Below the pieces are notes generated by a model. The model had not been told where the DNA came from. It saw only the letters and a program-made list of their open reading frames with translations, and did no database searches. Shown in pieces: positions 18,035-27,056 of a DNA stretch of 64,000 nucleotides; position 1 is the first letter of the stretch, and each line of letters starts with the position of its first letter. The DNA is from an uncultured Pseudomonadota bacterium. GTDB lineage: Bacteria; Vulcanimicrobiota; Vulcanimicrobiia; Eremiobacterales; Eremiobacteraceae. Made by a program: the position numbers and the translations under genes. The DNA is taken from assembly GCA_963736005.1 (NCBI GenBank), contig CAVTNB010000001.1, positions 1,280,001-1,344,000 of the forward strand. Reading direction: 5' to 3'.

Positions 18035-20206
18035 CTAGCCGCCGGCGCGGGCTTCGCGCTTCGTCACCCGATAGGCAGTGCGCACGTCGCGCACACGGTT
18101 CACTTTGCCTAAAATTGCGCTCAGATGGTTGAGATCTCGAATCTGCAGGCTGCAGGCGATCGTGGCGGTCCGGTCGCGCTTGACGCGCGCCGTCACCGAC
18201 GTCGCATTCGTCTTTTGCTCGGAAAGCACGCTCATGATGTCCTGCAGGAGTCCCGGCCGGTCGAGTGCCTCGATTTCGACGTCGACCACGTGTGAGTCGG
18301 TCGGCGAGGTATCCCAGCTGACGTGAATGAGGCGTTCTGGCTGGACGCTCAAGCCGGCGACGTTCGGACAATTCACGCGGTGTACCGAGATGCCCTTACC
18401 TTGAGAAATGAACCCAACGATGGCGTCGCCGGGCACCGGGGTGCAACATCGCGCAAACCGAATCGGCACGTTATCCGCACCGCGCACACGGATGCCGGAA
18501 GCTGCGCGTTGCGCTGACTTGCGTACGGCCGCCGTTTGCCGTTCGAGCGGCAGCGGCACAACTTTTTCCCGCTTGGCTTCTTCGCGCAAACGGTTGACGA
18601 GCGATGCGACGGACACGTCGCCAAAACCAATGCCGGCATACAAATCGTCGAGGGAAGCGCAGTTAAAACGCGCCGCAAGCTTGGCGAGGAACTGCGGCGT
18701 CGCAACGCCGCCCAACTGATTGCGCGAAAGTTCGCGCTCGAAAACCTCGCGGCCCGAAGCCACGTTTTCTTCGCGACGATTCTTGCGAAACCACTGCTTG
18801 ATCTTGTGCTTGGCGCTCGACGTCTTACATATCGTCAACCAATCGAGTGACGGTCCGGCGCTGCTCTTGTTGACCAGCGCCTCGCAAATGTCGCCGTTGT
18901 GCAGTTGATAGTCGAGCGGCACGATCTTCCCGTTGATTTTTGCGCCGATGCAATGGTGCCCAATCGAGGTGTGCACGTGGTATGCAAAATCGAGCGGCGT
19001 CGACCCCGTGGGGAAACCCATGACGTCACCCTTGGGCGTGAAGACAAATACTTGAGTGTCGAAGAGGTCGAGCTTGAGGCTCTCCATGAACTCGCGGCTG
19101 TCACGCATGTCTTCTTGCCACTCGAGCAAAGAGCGCACCCAGGCAAGCTTTTGATCGAAGTCGTCGCTCGCGCCGCCTTCCTTGTAACGCCAGTGCGCGG
19201 CGATGCCGTACTCGCTCGTACGATGCATGTCGAGCGTTCGAATTTGAATCTCGATGGGATCGCCGCCCGGTCCAATCACGGTCGTGTGCAGCGATTGGTA
19301 ACCGTTGGTTTTCGGCATGGCGATGTAGTCTTTGAATCGCCCAGGCAATGGGGTCCACAGACTATGGATGATACCGACGGCGCCATAGCAATCTTTGACC
19401 GAGTCCACGATCACGCGAATGGCGCTCAAATCGTAGATCTCGGAGAAATCCTTGCCGTTTTGGAGTTTTTGGTAGATGGAGAAGAAGTGCTTTGGCCGAC
19501 CGGAGACATCGGCTCGAATATTCGCGGCTGCAAAACGTTTTTGCACCTCGTCGATGATGACTTGGACCGTTTTCTCACGATCGGCGCGCCGCTTGGCAAC
19601 TTTGTCAGCAATGTCGCGATAGGCTTGCGGGTCGATGTAGCGCAAAGCCAGATCTTCGAGATCCCACTTCATCTTGTAAATGCCGAGACGGTGGGCTAGG
19701 GGCGCGTAGATCTCGAGGGTTTCCTGCGCGATGTTCTTCTGCTTGGACGGGGGTAAACTTTGGAGCGTTCGCATGTTGTGCAGGCGGTCGGCAAGCTTGA
19801 TGATGATGACCCGGATATCTTTGGCCATCGCAAGGAACATTTTGCGCAAGTTCTCCACTTGCACGTCTTCCTTGCTTTGGTAGGGAATTTTGGTGAGTTT
19901 TGTGAGCGCATCTACGAGCGAGGCGATTGGGCTGCCGAAGCGGCGGCCAATGTCCTCGATTGGGACGGTCGTGTCTTCGACGACGTCGTGGAGCAGGCTC
20001 GCAGCAATGCTGTCGGTGTCAAGTTCGAGCTCGGCGAGGATGGATGCGACGGCGAGCGGGTGGGAGATGAAGCTGTCACCCGAGGCGCGGGTTTGTCCAT
20101 CGTGGGCGTGCTCCGCAAAGGAGTAGACGCTCTCCAGCCAAGCAGGATCGACCGCCGGCTGATAGCTCCGTACCTTTTCAAGCAGCTCGCTGAAGTTGTT
20201 TGCCAT
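18035..20206 (-). CDS. relA: Bifunctional (p)ppGpp synthetase/hydrolase (long RSH)
   Basis: HDVVED, KLADRLHNMRTL, GRFKDYI..PK.NGYQSLHT, TGS, CC and ACT domains. Confidence 0.97.
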   Translation of the reverse strand: MANNFSELLEKVRSYQPAVDPAWLESVYSFAEHAHDGQTRASGDSFISHPLAVASILAELELDTDSIAASLLHDVVEDTTVPIEDIGRRFGSPIASLVDALTKLTKIPYQSKEDVQVENLRKMFLAMAKDIRVIIIKLADRLHNMRTLQSLPPSKQKNIAQETLEIYAPLAHRLGIYKMKWDLEDLALRYIDPQAYRDIADKVAKRRADREKTVQVIIDEVQKRFAAANIRADVSGRPKHFFSIYQKLQNGKDFSEIYDLSAIRVIVDSVKDCYGAVGIIHSLWTPLPGRFKDYIAMPKTNGYQSLHTTVIGPGGDPIEIQIRTLDMHRTSEYGIAAHWRYKEGGASDDFDQKLAWVRSLLEWQEDMRDSREFMESLKLDLFDTQVFVFTPKGDVMGFPTGSTPLDFAYHVHTSIGHHCIGAKINGKIVPLDYQLHNGDICEALVNKSSAGPSLDWLTICKTSSAKHKIKQWFRKNRREENVASGREVFERELSRNQLGGVATPQFLAKLAARFNCASLDDLYAGIGFGDVSVASLVNRLREEAKREKVVPLPLERQTAAVRKSAQRAASGIRVRGADNVPIRFARCCTPVPGDAIVGFISQGKGISVHRVNCPNVAGLSVQPERLIHVSWDTSPTDSHVVDVEIEALDRPGLLQDIMSVLSEQKTNATSVTARVKRDRTATIACSLQIRDLNHLSAILGKVNRVRDVRTAYRVTKREARAGG

Positions 20207-20332
20207 CGTCCCACGTGACGCGGTGTCCCGCGTCCAGCCCTCTTGATGCTATTGTAAGGGTTCTACGCCCGATGCCACAAGCGTTCCCGCCAACTCTTTA
20301 GGGATCTGTGCTACGAGCAGTGGGCTACCGGG

Positions 20333-20401
20333 AGCGCACCTGAAGGTGCGCTGCTACATTGGCCGCGGCCTGGGGCGGGCAATTTTCCAAATCGCCCCTA
20401 C
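20333..20401 (-). repeat. BIME-like pair: family A REP (20333-20357) plus degenerate family B REP (20377-20401)
   Basis: GTAGCAGCGCACCTTCAGGTGCGCT (compensatory change vs the 3145 copy) and GTAGGGGCGATTTGGAAAATTGCCC on the minus strand. Confidence 0.8.
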
Positions 20402-20403
20402 AT

Positions 20404-20925
20404 TTAATAGGTGAGCAGCGTCCTGACCGGAGTCGATCCGAGTTTTGCTCTGCCAGCGAGATCCGCAAGTTCGATGAGGAACCCGGCGCCAACCACTTCG
20501 GCTCCCAGGCGCTCGATGAGCGTTTTTGTGGCCAATGCCGTTCCGCCGGTTGCAAGCAGATCGTCGACGATGATGACCCGATGGCCCTTGGAGAGAGCAT
20601 CGCTGTGAATTTCGAGCGAATTGGTGCCGTACTCAAGGGCATAGTCGGCTCTTAGTGTGGTCGACGGGAGCTTCCCCGGTTTGCGAACGGGAATCAGGCC
20701 GGCCCCGAGCTTGTATGCGAGGGGGGCGCCAATCACGTATCCTCTTGCTTCGATCGCGACCACGTAATCGATATCGTCACCGATGAATTCATCTGCCAGC
20801 AGGTCAACAGCTGATGAAAACCCGCGGGCATCCTTGAGCAGCGGCGTGATGTCGCGAAACAGGATTCCAGGTTTCGGGAAGTCAGGGATGGACCTGATGA
20901 GGGCCTGTAAATCGGCGCGCTTCAC
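20404..20925 (-). CDS. apt: Adenine phosphoribosyltransferase
   Basis: IPDFPKPGILFRDITPLL, RKPGKLP, YALEYG, VDDLLATGGT. Confidence 0.98.
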   Translation of the reverse strand: MKRADLQALIRSIPDFPKPGILFRDITPLLKDARGFSSAVDLLADEFIGDDIDYVVAIEARGYVIGAPLAYKLGAGLIPVRKPGKLPSTTLRADYALEYGTNSLEIHSDALSKGHRVIIVDDLLATGGTALATKTLIERLGAEVVGAGFLIELADLAGRAKLGSTPVRTLLTY

Positions 20926-20980
20926 GTTCCTCCGCTTAGGTTAGAATCGACGCGTGCCCTGCCGTAGCTTGCTCTCCTTA

Positions 20981-21454
20981 TTACAATCCGTAGCGCATCA
21001 GCACCATACAGGTCAGTGCAAGAATGAACCCTACGACAGAGAGTCCCGACAAGAGGGTGATGCGCCGCAGGAGCTTGACCCGATCCTCCAGAGGAGCACG
21101 AGCGATGGAGGTGCCGACGCGCCCAGTGACTGCGCCAAGCACAGCTATGATGACCGCAAGGACAATCGCAATAAGCAGCGTCGCGCCATAGGCGGAGCCG
21201 CCAAAGAAAGTCCAGCTTCTCACCGGTCCGAAGACGGTGGCGTTGAGGAGCCCGAAAATGATCGTCAGAGCGCCCGCGGGAGCGAGAAAGCGCTGCGTCC
21301 TTTTGCCGATTTGCTCGCCGACTTGCACGGCCACGGACGGATCACACGATTGCAGCGCCGGGCTCACAACGACGAGCAGGAAGAGCGTGCCGCCAAACCA
21401 CGTGATCGCAAAAAAGACGTGCAACCACATAACAGTAAGCTGACCCCAGGGCAT
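20981..21454 (-). CDS. Four-helix membrane protein (CopD/DUF2269-like)
   Basis: WLHVFFAITWFGG N-terminal motif; four hydrophobic segments. Confidence 0.6.
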   Translation of the reverse strand: MPWGQLTVMWLHVFFAITWFGGTLFLLVVVSPALQSCDPSVAVQVGEQIGKRTQRFLAPAGALTIIFGLLNATVFGPVRSWTFFGGSAYGATLLIAIVLAVIIAVLGAVTGRVGTSIARAPLEDRVKLLRRITLLSGLSVVGFILALTCMVLMRYGL

Positions 21455-21564
21455 GGGCCTTCGTTTTGCGATTTTGCGTGTGAGTCCTTGACGGTTCTTG
21501 GCCTTGACGCGGCGGCAGGTCGGTGGGAAATTGCTCGCCAGCCGGAGGTCGCAGAGTGGAACAG

Positions 21565-22830
21565 ATGGCTATCGATCGGATCGGAAACCCCAACGTCGTC
21601 TTCGGAATTTACCGAGACGGCGATAACAATCTCGATGCTGTGCAAGAACGCAATATTACGGATTTCATCAAAACCACCGCCACGAATTCATCGCTCAAAG
21701 TGGTTGCGGAGGACACAACCAGAGTTCCGCAGGCGCCCTTCATACGCGGTCAACTGCGCACGGAATGGTCGACCGTGCAAGACGGAACTCAACACATCAC
21801 GCGCATCACCGCGCCTGCCAACATGGCAGACCGCAAGGCGCTCGCGACGTTTGTCGAGCAAACGCTCGAGGCTCGAGCCACCGATCCAAAATTTCGTACG
21901 GCAGACGTGTGGCTCGATCTCGTCGACCACGGTGGCGGCGACGGCGGCGGGCTGCAGGCCGACAGCACTGGCGGATTCATGCCGTTGCAAGATATTGCGG
22001 GTGCCATCAGCGACGGCCGAGCAGCGTTCCGTAAGAAGTTTCCGGGGGCGGACGATTCGGTCACCGGGGTGCTCGCGAACCAGTGCCTTATGGCGACCAT
22101 TGGTTTTTGCGATACCCTCTCGCATAGCGGAGTGCGTTACCTCGCCGCTTCACCTGAAACGATGCTCGCGCCGGGCGTTCCCTCAGCCGCGTTCGCTAAC
22201 GCGCTCACGTCGGGAACGAAGTGGGCGCAAAATGCGGTTGACGTCACCATGCAGGCGCGATACGGCACTGGCAGCGATACATATCATCCGGCCGCAGCTT
22301 TTGACGTCTTCGATCTTGACGCAAAGAAAGTTGCGGCGGTGCGCTCGAGCGTCAGCGAGTTCAACCGGCAAGTCGCAGAACTGCCCAAGTCCGAAAGGGG
22401 AATTGACTGGATCCATGACATCCGCAGCGACCTTCGTTCGATACGAGGCATGGTGCGCTTCGATCATTCTGCGCAAATGCCGTGGCACGCAGACCGGCCA
22501 GGTATCGCGTCGTACGAGGCCGTTGCCGAGGATGTTCGGCTGCCCGAAGCGCTCAAAGAGGCGGCGAAGGCTGCCGCTGACGCTGTGGCTGCACTCGTGC
22601 TCGCGCACAAGGAATCCGGCAACTTCGGTCCGTTCCATTCGTCCTATGCGGATGCCGTGGGACCAACCGCGCATTTGCCGATCACGAAAGCGCTGTACGA
22701 CTCGTGGGCAGACCAAGGGGTCGTCGAGACTCACAACGACTTCTATGATGCCGTTCATGGCCGAGACTTCGCCAGGGCCATCGGCGCCTATAATGCGGTT
22801 GAGGATGCGGCTGGAGCTGCTGCTGCATAG
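21565..22830 (+). CDS. Clostripain-like cysteine peptidase (C11, clan CD)
   Basis: YRDGDNNLD, DHGGG (His), NQCLMA (Cys), YLAASPE. Confidence 0.75.
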   Translation: MAIDRIGNPNVVFGIYRDGDNNLDAVQERNITDFIKTTATNSSLKVVAEDTTRVPQAPFIRGQLRTEWSTVQDGTQHITRITAPANMADRKALATFVEQTLEARATDPKFRTADVWLDLVDHGGGDGGGLQADSTGGFMPLQDIAGAISDGRAAFRKKFPGADDSVTGVLANQCLMATIGFCDTLSHSGVRYLAASPETMLAPGVPSAAFANALTSGTKWAQNAVDVTMQARYGTGSDTYHPAAAFDVFDLDAKKVAAVRSSVSEFNRQVAELPKSERGIDWIHDIRSDLRSIRGMVRFDHSAQMPWHADRPGIASYEAVAEDVRLPEALKEAAKAAADAVAALVLAHKESGNFGPFHSSYADAVGPTAHLPITKALYDSWADQGVVETHNDFYDAVHGRDFARAIGAYNAVEDAAGAAAA

Positions 22831-22833
22831 CCC

Positions 22834-23760
22834 CTAGGCATCGGGTTCGAGGTGAATGAGCACGTGGGCCCGAGGCAGCTCTTCCTTGATACTGGCAACG
22901 ATGACGTCAGAGAGATCGTGCGCGCGCTGGAGGGGCATATCCCCCGCCATCTGCAGGTGGAAGTCGATGAATTCCCCGCCGCCCGATCGGCGCGTGCGCA
23001 GTTTGTGATAGCCGGCAATGATGTTGCTGTGCCGCTCGATGATCTGCCGAATGAGGGTTTCTTGCTCGGGAGGGAGTCTGCCGTCCGTGAGATCCACAAA
23101 TGCGCTAGCGCTCACGTCATAAGCCGCTTTCACGATCAGCCCAGCAATCATGAGCGAGATGATGGCATCGATGAGCGTTACTCCAGTGATGCGAATTGCG
23201 ATCAGGCCAAGCGCGACACCGCCTGCCGTCCACACGTCGGCGCCAAGCTGCGCCGCTTCCGCCTGCAAGGCCGGGGACTGTTCGGCTCCCGCTGTGCGGG
23301 CTAAGACTCGCGACACCACGAGATTCACGGCTGCCGACACGAGCATAACTGCAATCCCGAAATCGAGATGGGTGATCGCCGCGGGAAGACGGATGTGCTT
23401 GATTGCCTCCACGACCACGCTAGCAGCCGTCGCAAGAATGAACAAGGCCTCGAGGGCCGCGCCGATGTTCTCGAACTTCCCATGACCGTACGCGTGGTCA
23501 GCGTCGGCGGGGCGCGTTGCGAGGCTGACGGAGATCAACTGGAATGTGGTGACAAACAGGTCGACGCCCGAGTGCAATGCTTCCGAGAGCACGGCAACAG
23601 AGCCGGAGAGCAGCCAGACTCCCAACTTGACCACCACGAGCAGCGCGTTGGAAATGAGAGGAGCGCGCAGCGCGCGAACGCGCGCCGCACCGGTCAGGCG
23701 AAGCGCCTCGTTATGGTTGCGGGTCCCCTGGGAGCTGCTCTTGGGAGCTGTCGCCGCCAT
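22834..23760 (-). CDS. Cation diffusion facilitator (FieF-like)
   Basis: SVAVLSEALHS..D, HAYGHGKFE, RTRRSG, AH..SD, IHLEP. Confidence 0.93.
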   Translation of the reverse strand: MAATAPKSSSQGTRNHNEALRLTGAARVRALRAPLISNALLVVVKLGVWLLSGSVAVLSEALHSGVDLFVTTFQLISVSLATRPADADHAYGHGKFENIGAALEALFILATAASVVVEAIKHIRLPAAITHLDFGIAVMLVSAAVNLVVSRVLARTAGAEQSPALQAEAAQLGADVWTAGGVALGLIAIRITGVTLIDAIISLMIAGLIVKAAYDVSASAFVDLTDGRLPPEQETLIRQIIERHSNIIAGYHKLRTRRSGGGEFIDFHLQMAGDMPLQRAHDLSDVIVASIKEELPRAHVLIHLEPDA

Positions 23761-24952
23761 TTTCTTCTTTTAGTTCAGCTAGTAAACCAATGATTCCGCC
23801 GGGCTTTTGCTCCTGAGCCGGGGTGTCATCCGCCGTCGGCCGCTTCTTGCGATAACGGGCCGGCTGCGTTTGCGAAGCTTTGCGTTTGGGTGGAATCCTC
23901 TTGAAACCTTGCGATCCGCCACTCGTCGCTATCGAAGGGGCCACCCCCGCATTCGCGGTGCGCAGTTCGCGCGTGGTTGCGGCCGCTCGCACCGACGCGC
24001 GTTTGCGGTTCTCCCAGCTCTTCCACAGAACGAGCAGCGGGCTTGCGATGAAGATGGACGAGTACGCACCGCTCGTCACACCAACTAGCAGGGCAAAGGC
24101 GAAATTCTTGAGCGTGTCGCCGCCAAAGAAAAACAAGGCGAGCAACGTGATGAGAACGGTCGCAAGCGTGTTGACCGATCGGGTCATGGTTTGCAACAGC
24201 GACGTGTTCACCATCTGATCGTAGGGAAGATCGGGCATCAACCGCGTGTTTTCACGGATTCGATCGAAAATGACGATCGAGTCCATGACGGAATACCCGA
24301 TGACGGTCAGCAACGCGGCGAGAAAGGCATCGTCCGCTTTTCGGTTTGCGATCGCGTAGATGCCCACCATGACGAGCACATCGTGCACCAGGGCAATGTC
24401 CGCAATGATGCCGTATCGCAACTGGTTGCCAAAGCGAAACGCGATGTAGATGAGCTGCAGCGCGAGGGCGATGACCAGCGCCCACAGCGACCGGCTGAGG
24501 TATTCTTTACTCAGGCTCGGACCAACGGACGTGATCTGGCTCTGTCCGCGGTCTGCTTTGAGTCCGGCTTTATCGAGCGCGGTGTAGACGGGTCCAGGAT
24601 CGTTGATGGCGCTTTGCGTTGAGATGAGGACGCGGTCGTTGTGTGCGACGTCGCCGACTTTCGAGGCAAGCTGAATGTTCTCTTGAGCGGTTTGCAGGGG
24701 CGCATACTGCGAGCGGAACTCTGGGCCAATCGAGGAGAGGTCAACCGAACGCAAGGCGTCGCGAACGGCCGTTTCCGTGACGCTTTGACTAAACTTGACG
24801 TCGATCGTCGAGCCGCCCGTAAAGGAAAGACCTAAAGCCAAACCGTGGTGCAAGACGAGCGCGACGACACCCGCAATGATCACCGCGGCAGACAACGCAA
24901 ACCAGTAGTTGCGCTGCGCGATAATGTTCCATTTGAGTTTACGGAAAAACAC
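23711..24952 (-). CDS. secF: Protein translocase subunit SecF
   Basis: GLSFTGG, VGP, ALVHDV, IGYSVMDSIVIFDRIREN; long basic C-terminal tail. Confidence 0.95.
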   Translation of the reverse strand: MFFRKLKWNIIAQRNYWFALSAAVIIAGVVALVLHHGLALGLSFTGGSTIDVKFSQSVTETAVRDALRSVDLSSIGPEFRSQYAPLQTAQENIQLASKVGDVAHNDRVLISTQSAINDPGPVYTALDKAGLKADRGQSQITSVGPSLSKEYLSRSLWALVIALALQLIYIAFRFGNQLRYGIIADIALVHDVLVMVGIYAIANRKADDAFLAALLTVIGYSVMDSIVIFDRIRENTRLMPDLPYDQMVNTSLLQTMTRSVNTLATVLITLLALFFFGGDTLKNFAFALLVGVTSGAYSSIFIASPLLVLWKSWENRKRASVRAAATTRELRTANAGVAPSIATSGGSQGFKRIPPKRKASQTQPARYRKKRPTADDTPAQEQKPGGIIGLLAELKEENGGDSSQEQLPGDPQP

Positions 24953-24958
24953 CGGCGG

Positions 24959-26227
24959 CTACGCTCCGTACCACGCGGGCTGGGTAACCACGTCGTTGTC
25001 GACAACCGCGTCGACGAAAGCTCTGGTGACGTTCACCGCGGTCAGCAGTGAGAAGACGGTGCCCACAAGCAGCGTCAAGGCAAATCCTTTGACCGTCCCC
25101 GTGCCGAGCCAGTAGAGCACGAGGGCGCCCACGATCGTTGTGACGTGCGAATCAAAGACGGTCCAAAATGCTCGCTTGAAGCCCACGCCTACAGCTGCCC
25201 GGGTGGTGCGCCCGGCCCACAGCTCTTCTTTAATGCGTTCGAAAATAAGGACGTTTGCATCGACCGCCATACCGATCGACAGCACGAAGCCCGCAATGCC
25301 CGGCAGCGTCAGCGCGACGCCAAAGAGCGCGACGTAGGCAAGCATCAGGAAGCAGTACACGACCAACGCGACGTCAGCTAAGAAACCAGGGACTCGGTAG
25401 ACCACCAGCATGAACAGCAAGACAATGGCGAGTCCGACAAGCGATGCGACGAGCGATTTTTGAAGATCGATCGCACCGAGGGTCGGGCCCACGTTCTCTA
25501 TCTCGATAATCTTGGTCGGCACCTTCAACGAGCCGGCGGAAAGCTCGTTGGCCAGCCGCACCGCTGAATCGGTTGTGAAGTTGCCGTGAATCTCGCCTTG
25601 GCTACTGATCGCACCCTCGATGATCGGAGATTCGATGAGTTTTTTATCAAGAAAGATCGGCAAAGGATTGCCGATATTTTTGCTCGTCCAGTCGTAGAAT
25701 TTTTTCGATCCGGCTGAGTTGAGGGTAAAGTGCACGGCGGGCTGACCGGCCGAGTCGGTTCCGGCTGTGGCACTCGACATGTCTGACCCGGTGATGACCG
25801 GCGGACCTGAGGCTTTGTACGCGTCGAACTTCGGATCGCTTTGTGCCCGCGCGACTTGTTCTTTGGTCAACGGGCGCATCTCAAGGACTGCCGCCTCGCG
25901 AATCAGCGCGATGGCCTGCTCGGGATCTTTGAGCCCCGGCACTTCAATGTTGATGCGATCGGTTCCAACTTTGGAAAACGAGAGCTCGCTGACGCCCAAG
26001 CCATTGAGCCTCGTTTGAAGCACCTGCAGCTCTTCGTCTTGCAAGCCTGCGGTGATCGTGGGATTGTCAGGCGTCGGTTCGAGCTCGACCAGCGCTCGCA
26101 AGCCGCCCTGCAAATCCAGTCCCAAATGGATCGAACTCTTCAGGGGCGTAAAGGCAATCGCGCATAAGACACACAGCACAACGATAGCCGTGAGCTTGAT
26201 AAGATGCTTCCAGCGAAACCAAAACAT
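24959..26227 (-). CDS. secD: Protein translocase subunit SecD
   Basis: LGLDLQGG, LTLPGIAG..IGMAVDANVLIFERIKEE, VKGFA. Confidence 0.96.
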   Translation of the reverse strand: MFWFRWKHLIKLTAIVVLCVLCAIAFTPLKSSIHLGLDLQGGLRALVELEPTPDNPTITAGLQDEELQVLQTRLNGLGVSELSFSKVGTDRINIEVPGLKDPEQAIALIREAAVLEMRPLTKEQVARAQSDPKFDAYKASGPPVITGSDMSSATAGTDSAGQPAVHFTLNSAGSKKFYDWTSKNIGNPLPIFLDKKLIESPIIEGAISSQGEIHGNFTTDSAVRLANELSAGSLKVPTKIIEIENVGPTLGAIDLQKSLVASLVGLAIVLLFMLVVYRVPGFLADVALVVYCFLMLAYVALFGVALTLPGIAGFVLSIGMAVDANVLIFERIKEELWAGRTTRAAVGVGFKRAFWTVFDSHVTTIVGALVLYWLGTGTVKGFALTLLVGTVFSLLTAVNVTRAFVDAVVDNDVVTQPAWYGA

Positions 26228-26276
26228 GGAGGCGGCACTTTCGCGCTGGAGGCGCTGCAACCCTTATCCAAGGCAG

Positions 26277-26353
26277 GGGCGACTTGATCGTCGCCCGCGA
26301 CAAGCGGACCTCAAGGTCCGCCGCTCCATGGGCGTGAGTTGCGCTGCTACATT
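26277..26353 (-). repeat. Degenerate REP cluster (family B, family A and a GTAGCAGCGC remnant)
   Basis: GGGCGAC-TTGATC-GTCGCCC, AGCGGACC-TCAA-GGTCCGC and GCGCTGCTACATT between the HD gene and secD. Confidence 0.7.
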
Positions 26354-26355
26354 TC

Positions 26356-27045
26356 CTACAGGATCGCGTCGCCGTTGACGACCACGCCGTACGAGCAATC
26401 GAGCACGGCTGCCGCGCTCTTGCTCATCGCAAAGCGCACGTTGAAGAGATCCAAAATATCTGCGGGCGTAGCGAAGTTCGTGTCCGCGGTCAGGCGCAGT
26501 ACGATTTGCCTGCTCGCGCCGATAACCTCAAGTTCCGCGTGGGTGACAGCGTAGTTGACCCGGTCATGAATGTCGAAATCCTCGGGTCTTCGCGTACGCA
26601 CTCTCGAGCGATGGATGTCGGCCTTGTCCGCAATGATGAGAGCCGCGCTCACGGGGTCAACTGCCGCGCCCTGTTCGTTTTCGTCATGGTTGCCGACAGC
26701 AGTCATGATCGTGGCGGCATCAACTACTTTGACGCCCCGCTTCACAAGCAGGGTGTAGACGAAGACTGCGCCCGCGGCTGCATGGCTCGGGCGGCCCGCA
26801 CAGTTGCCAAGGTCGTGCGTTAAACCGGCGACCGCCGCAAGATCGCAATGGTGAGCATCATAACCGAGCGACGCCAAGAGTCGGGAGGCATTGATCCCCA
26901 CGAGCGTTGCGTGGCGCCGACCGTGATCGGTGTACCCGAGCGCGCCGAGCACCTCGTCCGCTCGGTCAATGAGCGTCAATATTTCATTGTCGTGCCGGAG
27001 TTGCTCGAAGAGCGAACTCCGAAGAGGAGTTACGTTTGTTTGCAT
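26356..27045 (-). CDS. HD-domain phosphohydrolase
   Basis: GYTDHGRRH, HDLGN, NHDE, ALIIADKADIHRSRVR. Confidence 0.88.
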   Translation of the reverse strand: MQTNVTPLRSSLFEQLRHDNEILTLIDRADEVLGALGYTDHGRRHATLVGINASRLLASLGYDAHHCDLAAVAGLTHDLGNCAGRPSHAAAGAVFVYTLLVKRGVKVVDAATIMTAVGNHDENEQGAAVDPVSAALIIADKADIHRSRVRTRRPEDFDIHDRVNYAVTHAELEVIGASRQIVLRLTADTNFATPADILDLFNVRFAMSKSAAAVLDCSYGVVVNGDAIL

Positions 27046-27056
27046 GAGTTTGTCTT

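Noticed and set aside
20954..22837. 627 aa + strand ORF
   Set aside because: Arg/Ser-rich shadow frame overlapping the clostripain-like gene and antisense to a membrane-protein gene; no motifs.
23711..23760. 50 bp overlap of secF with the CDF gene as a special feature
   Set aside because: Could reflect a later CDF start or a drifting low-complexity tail; no evidence of function.
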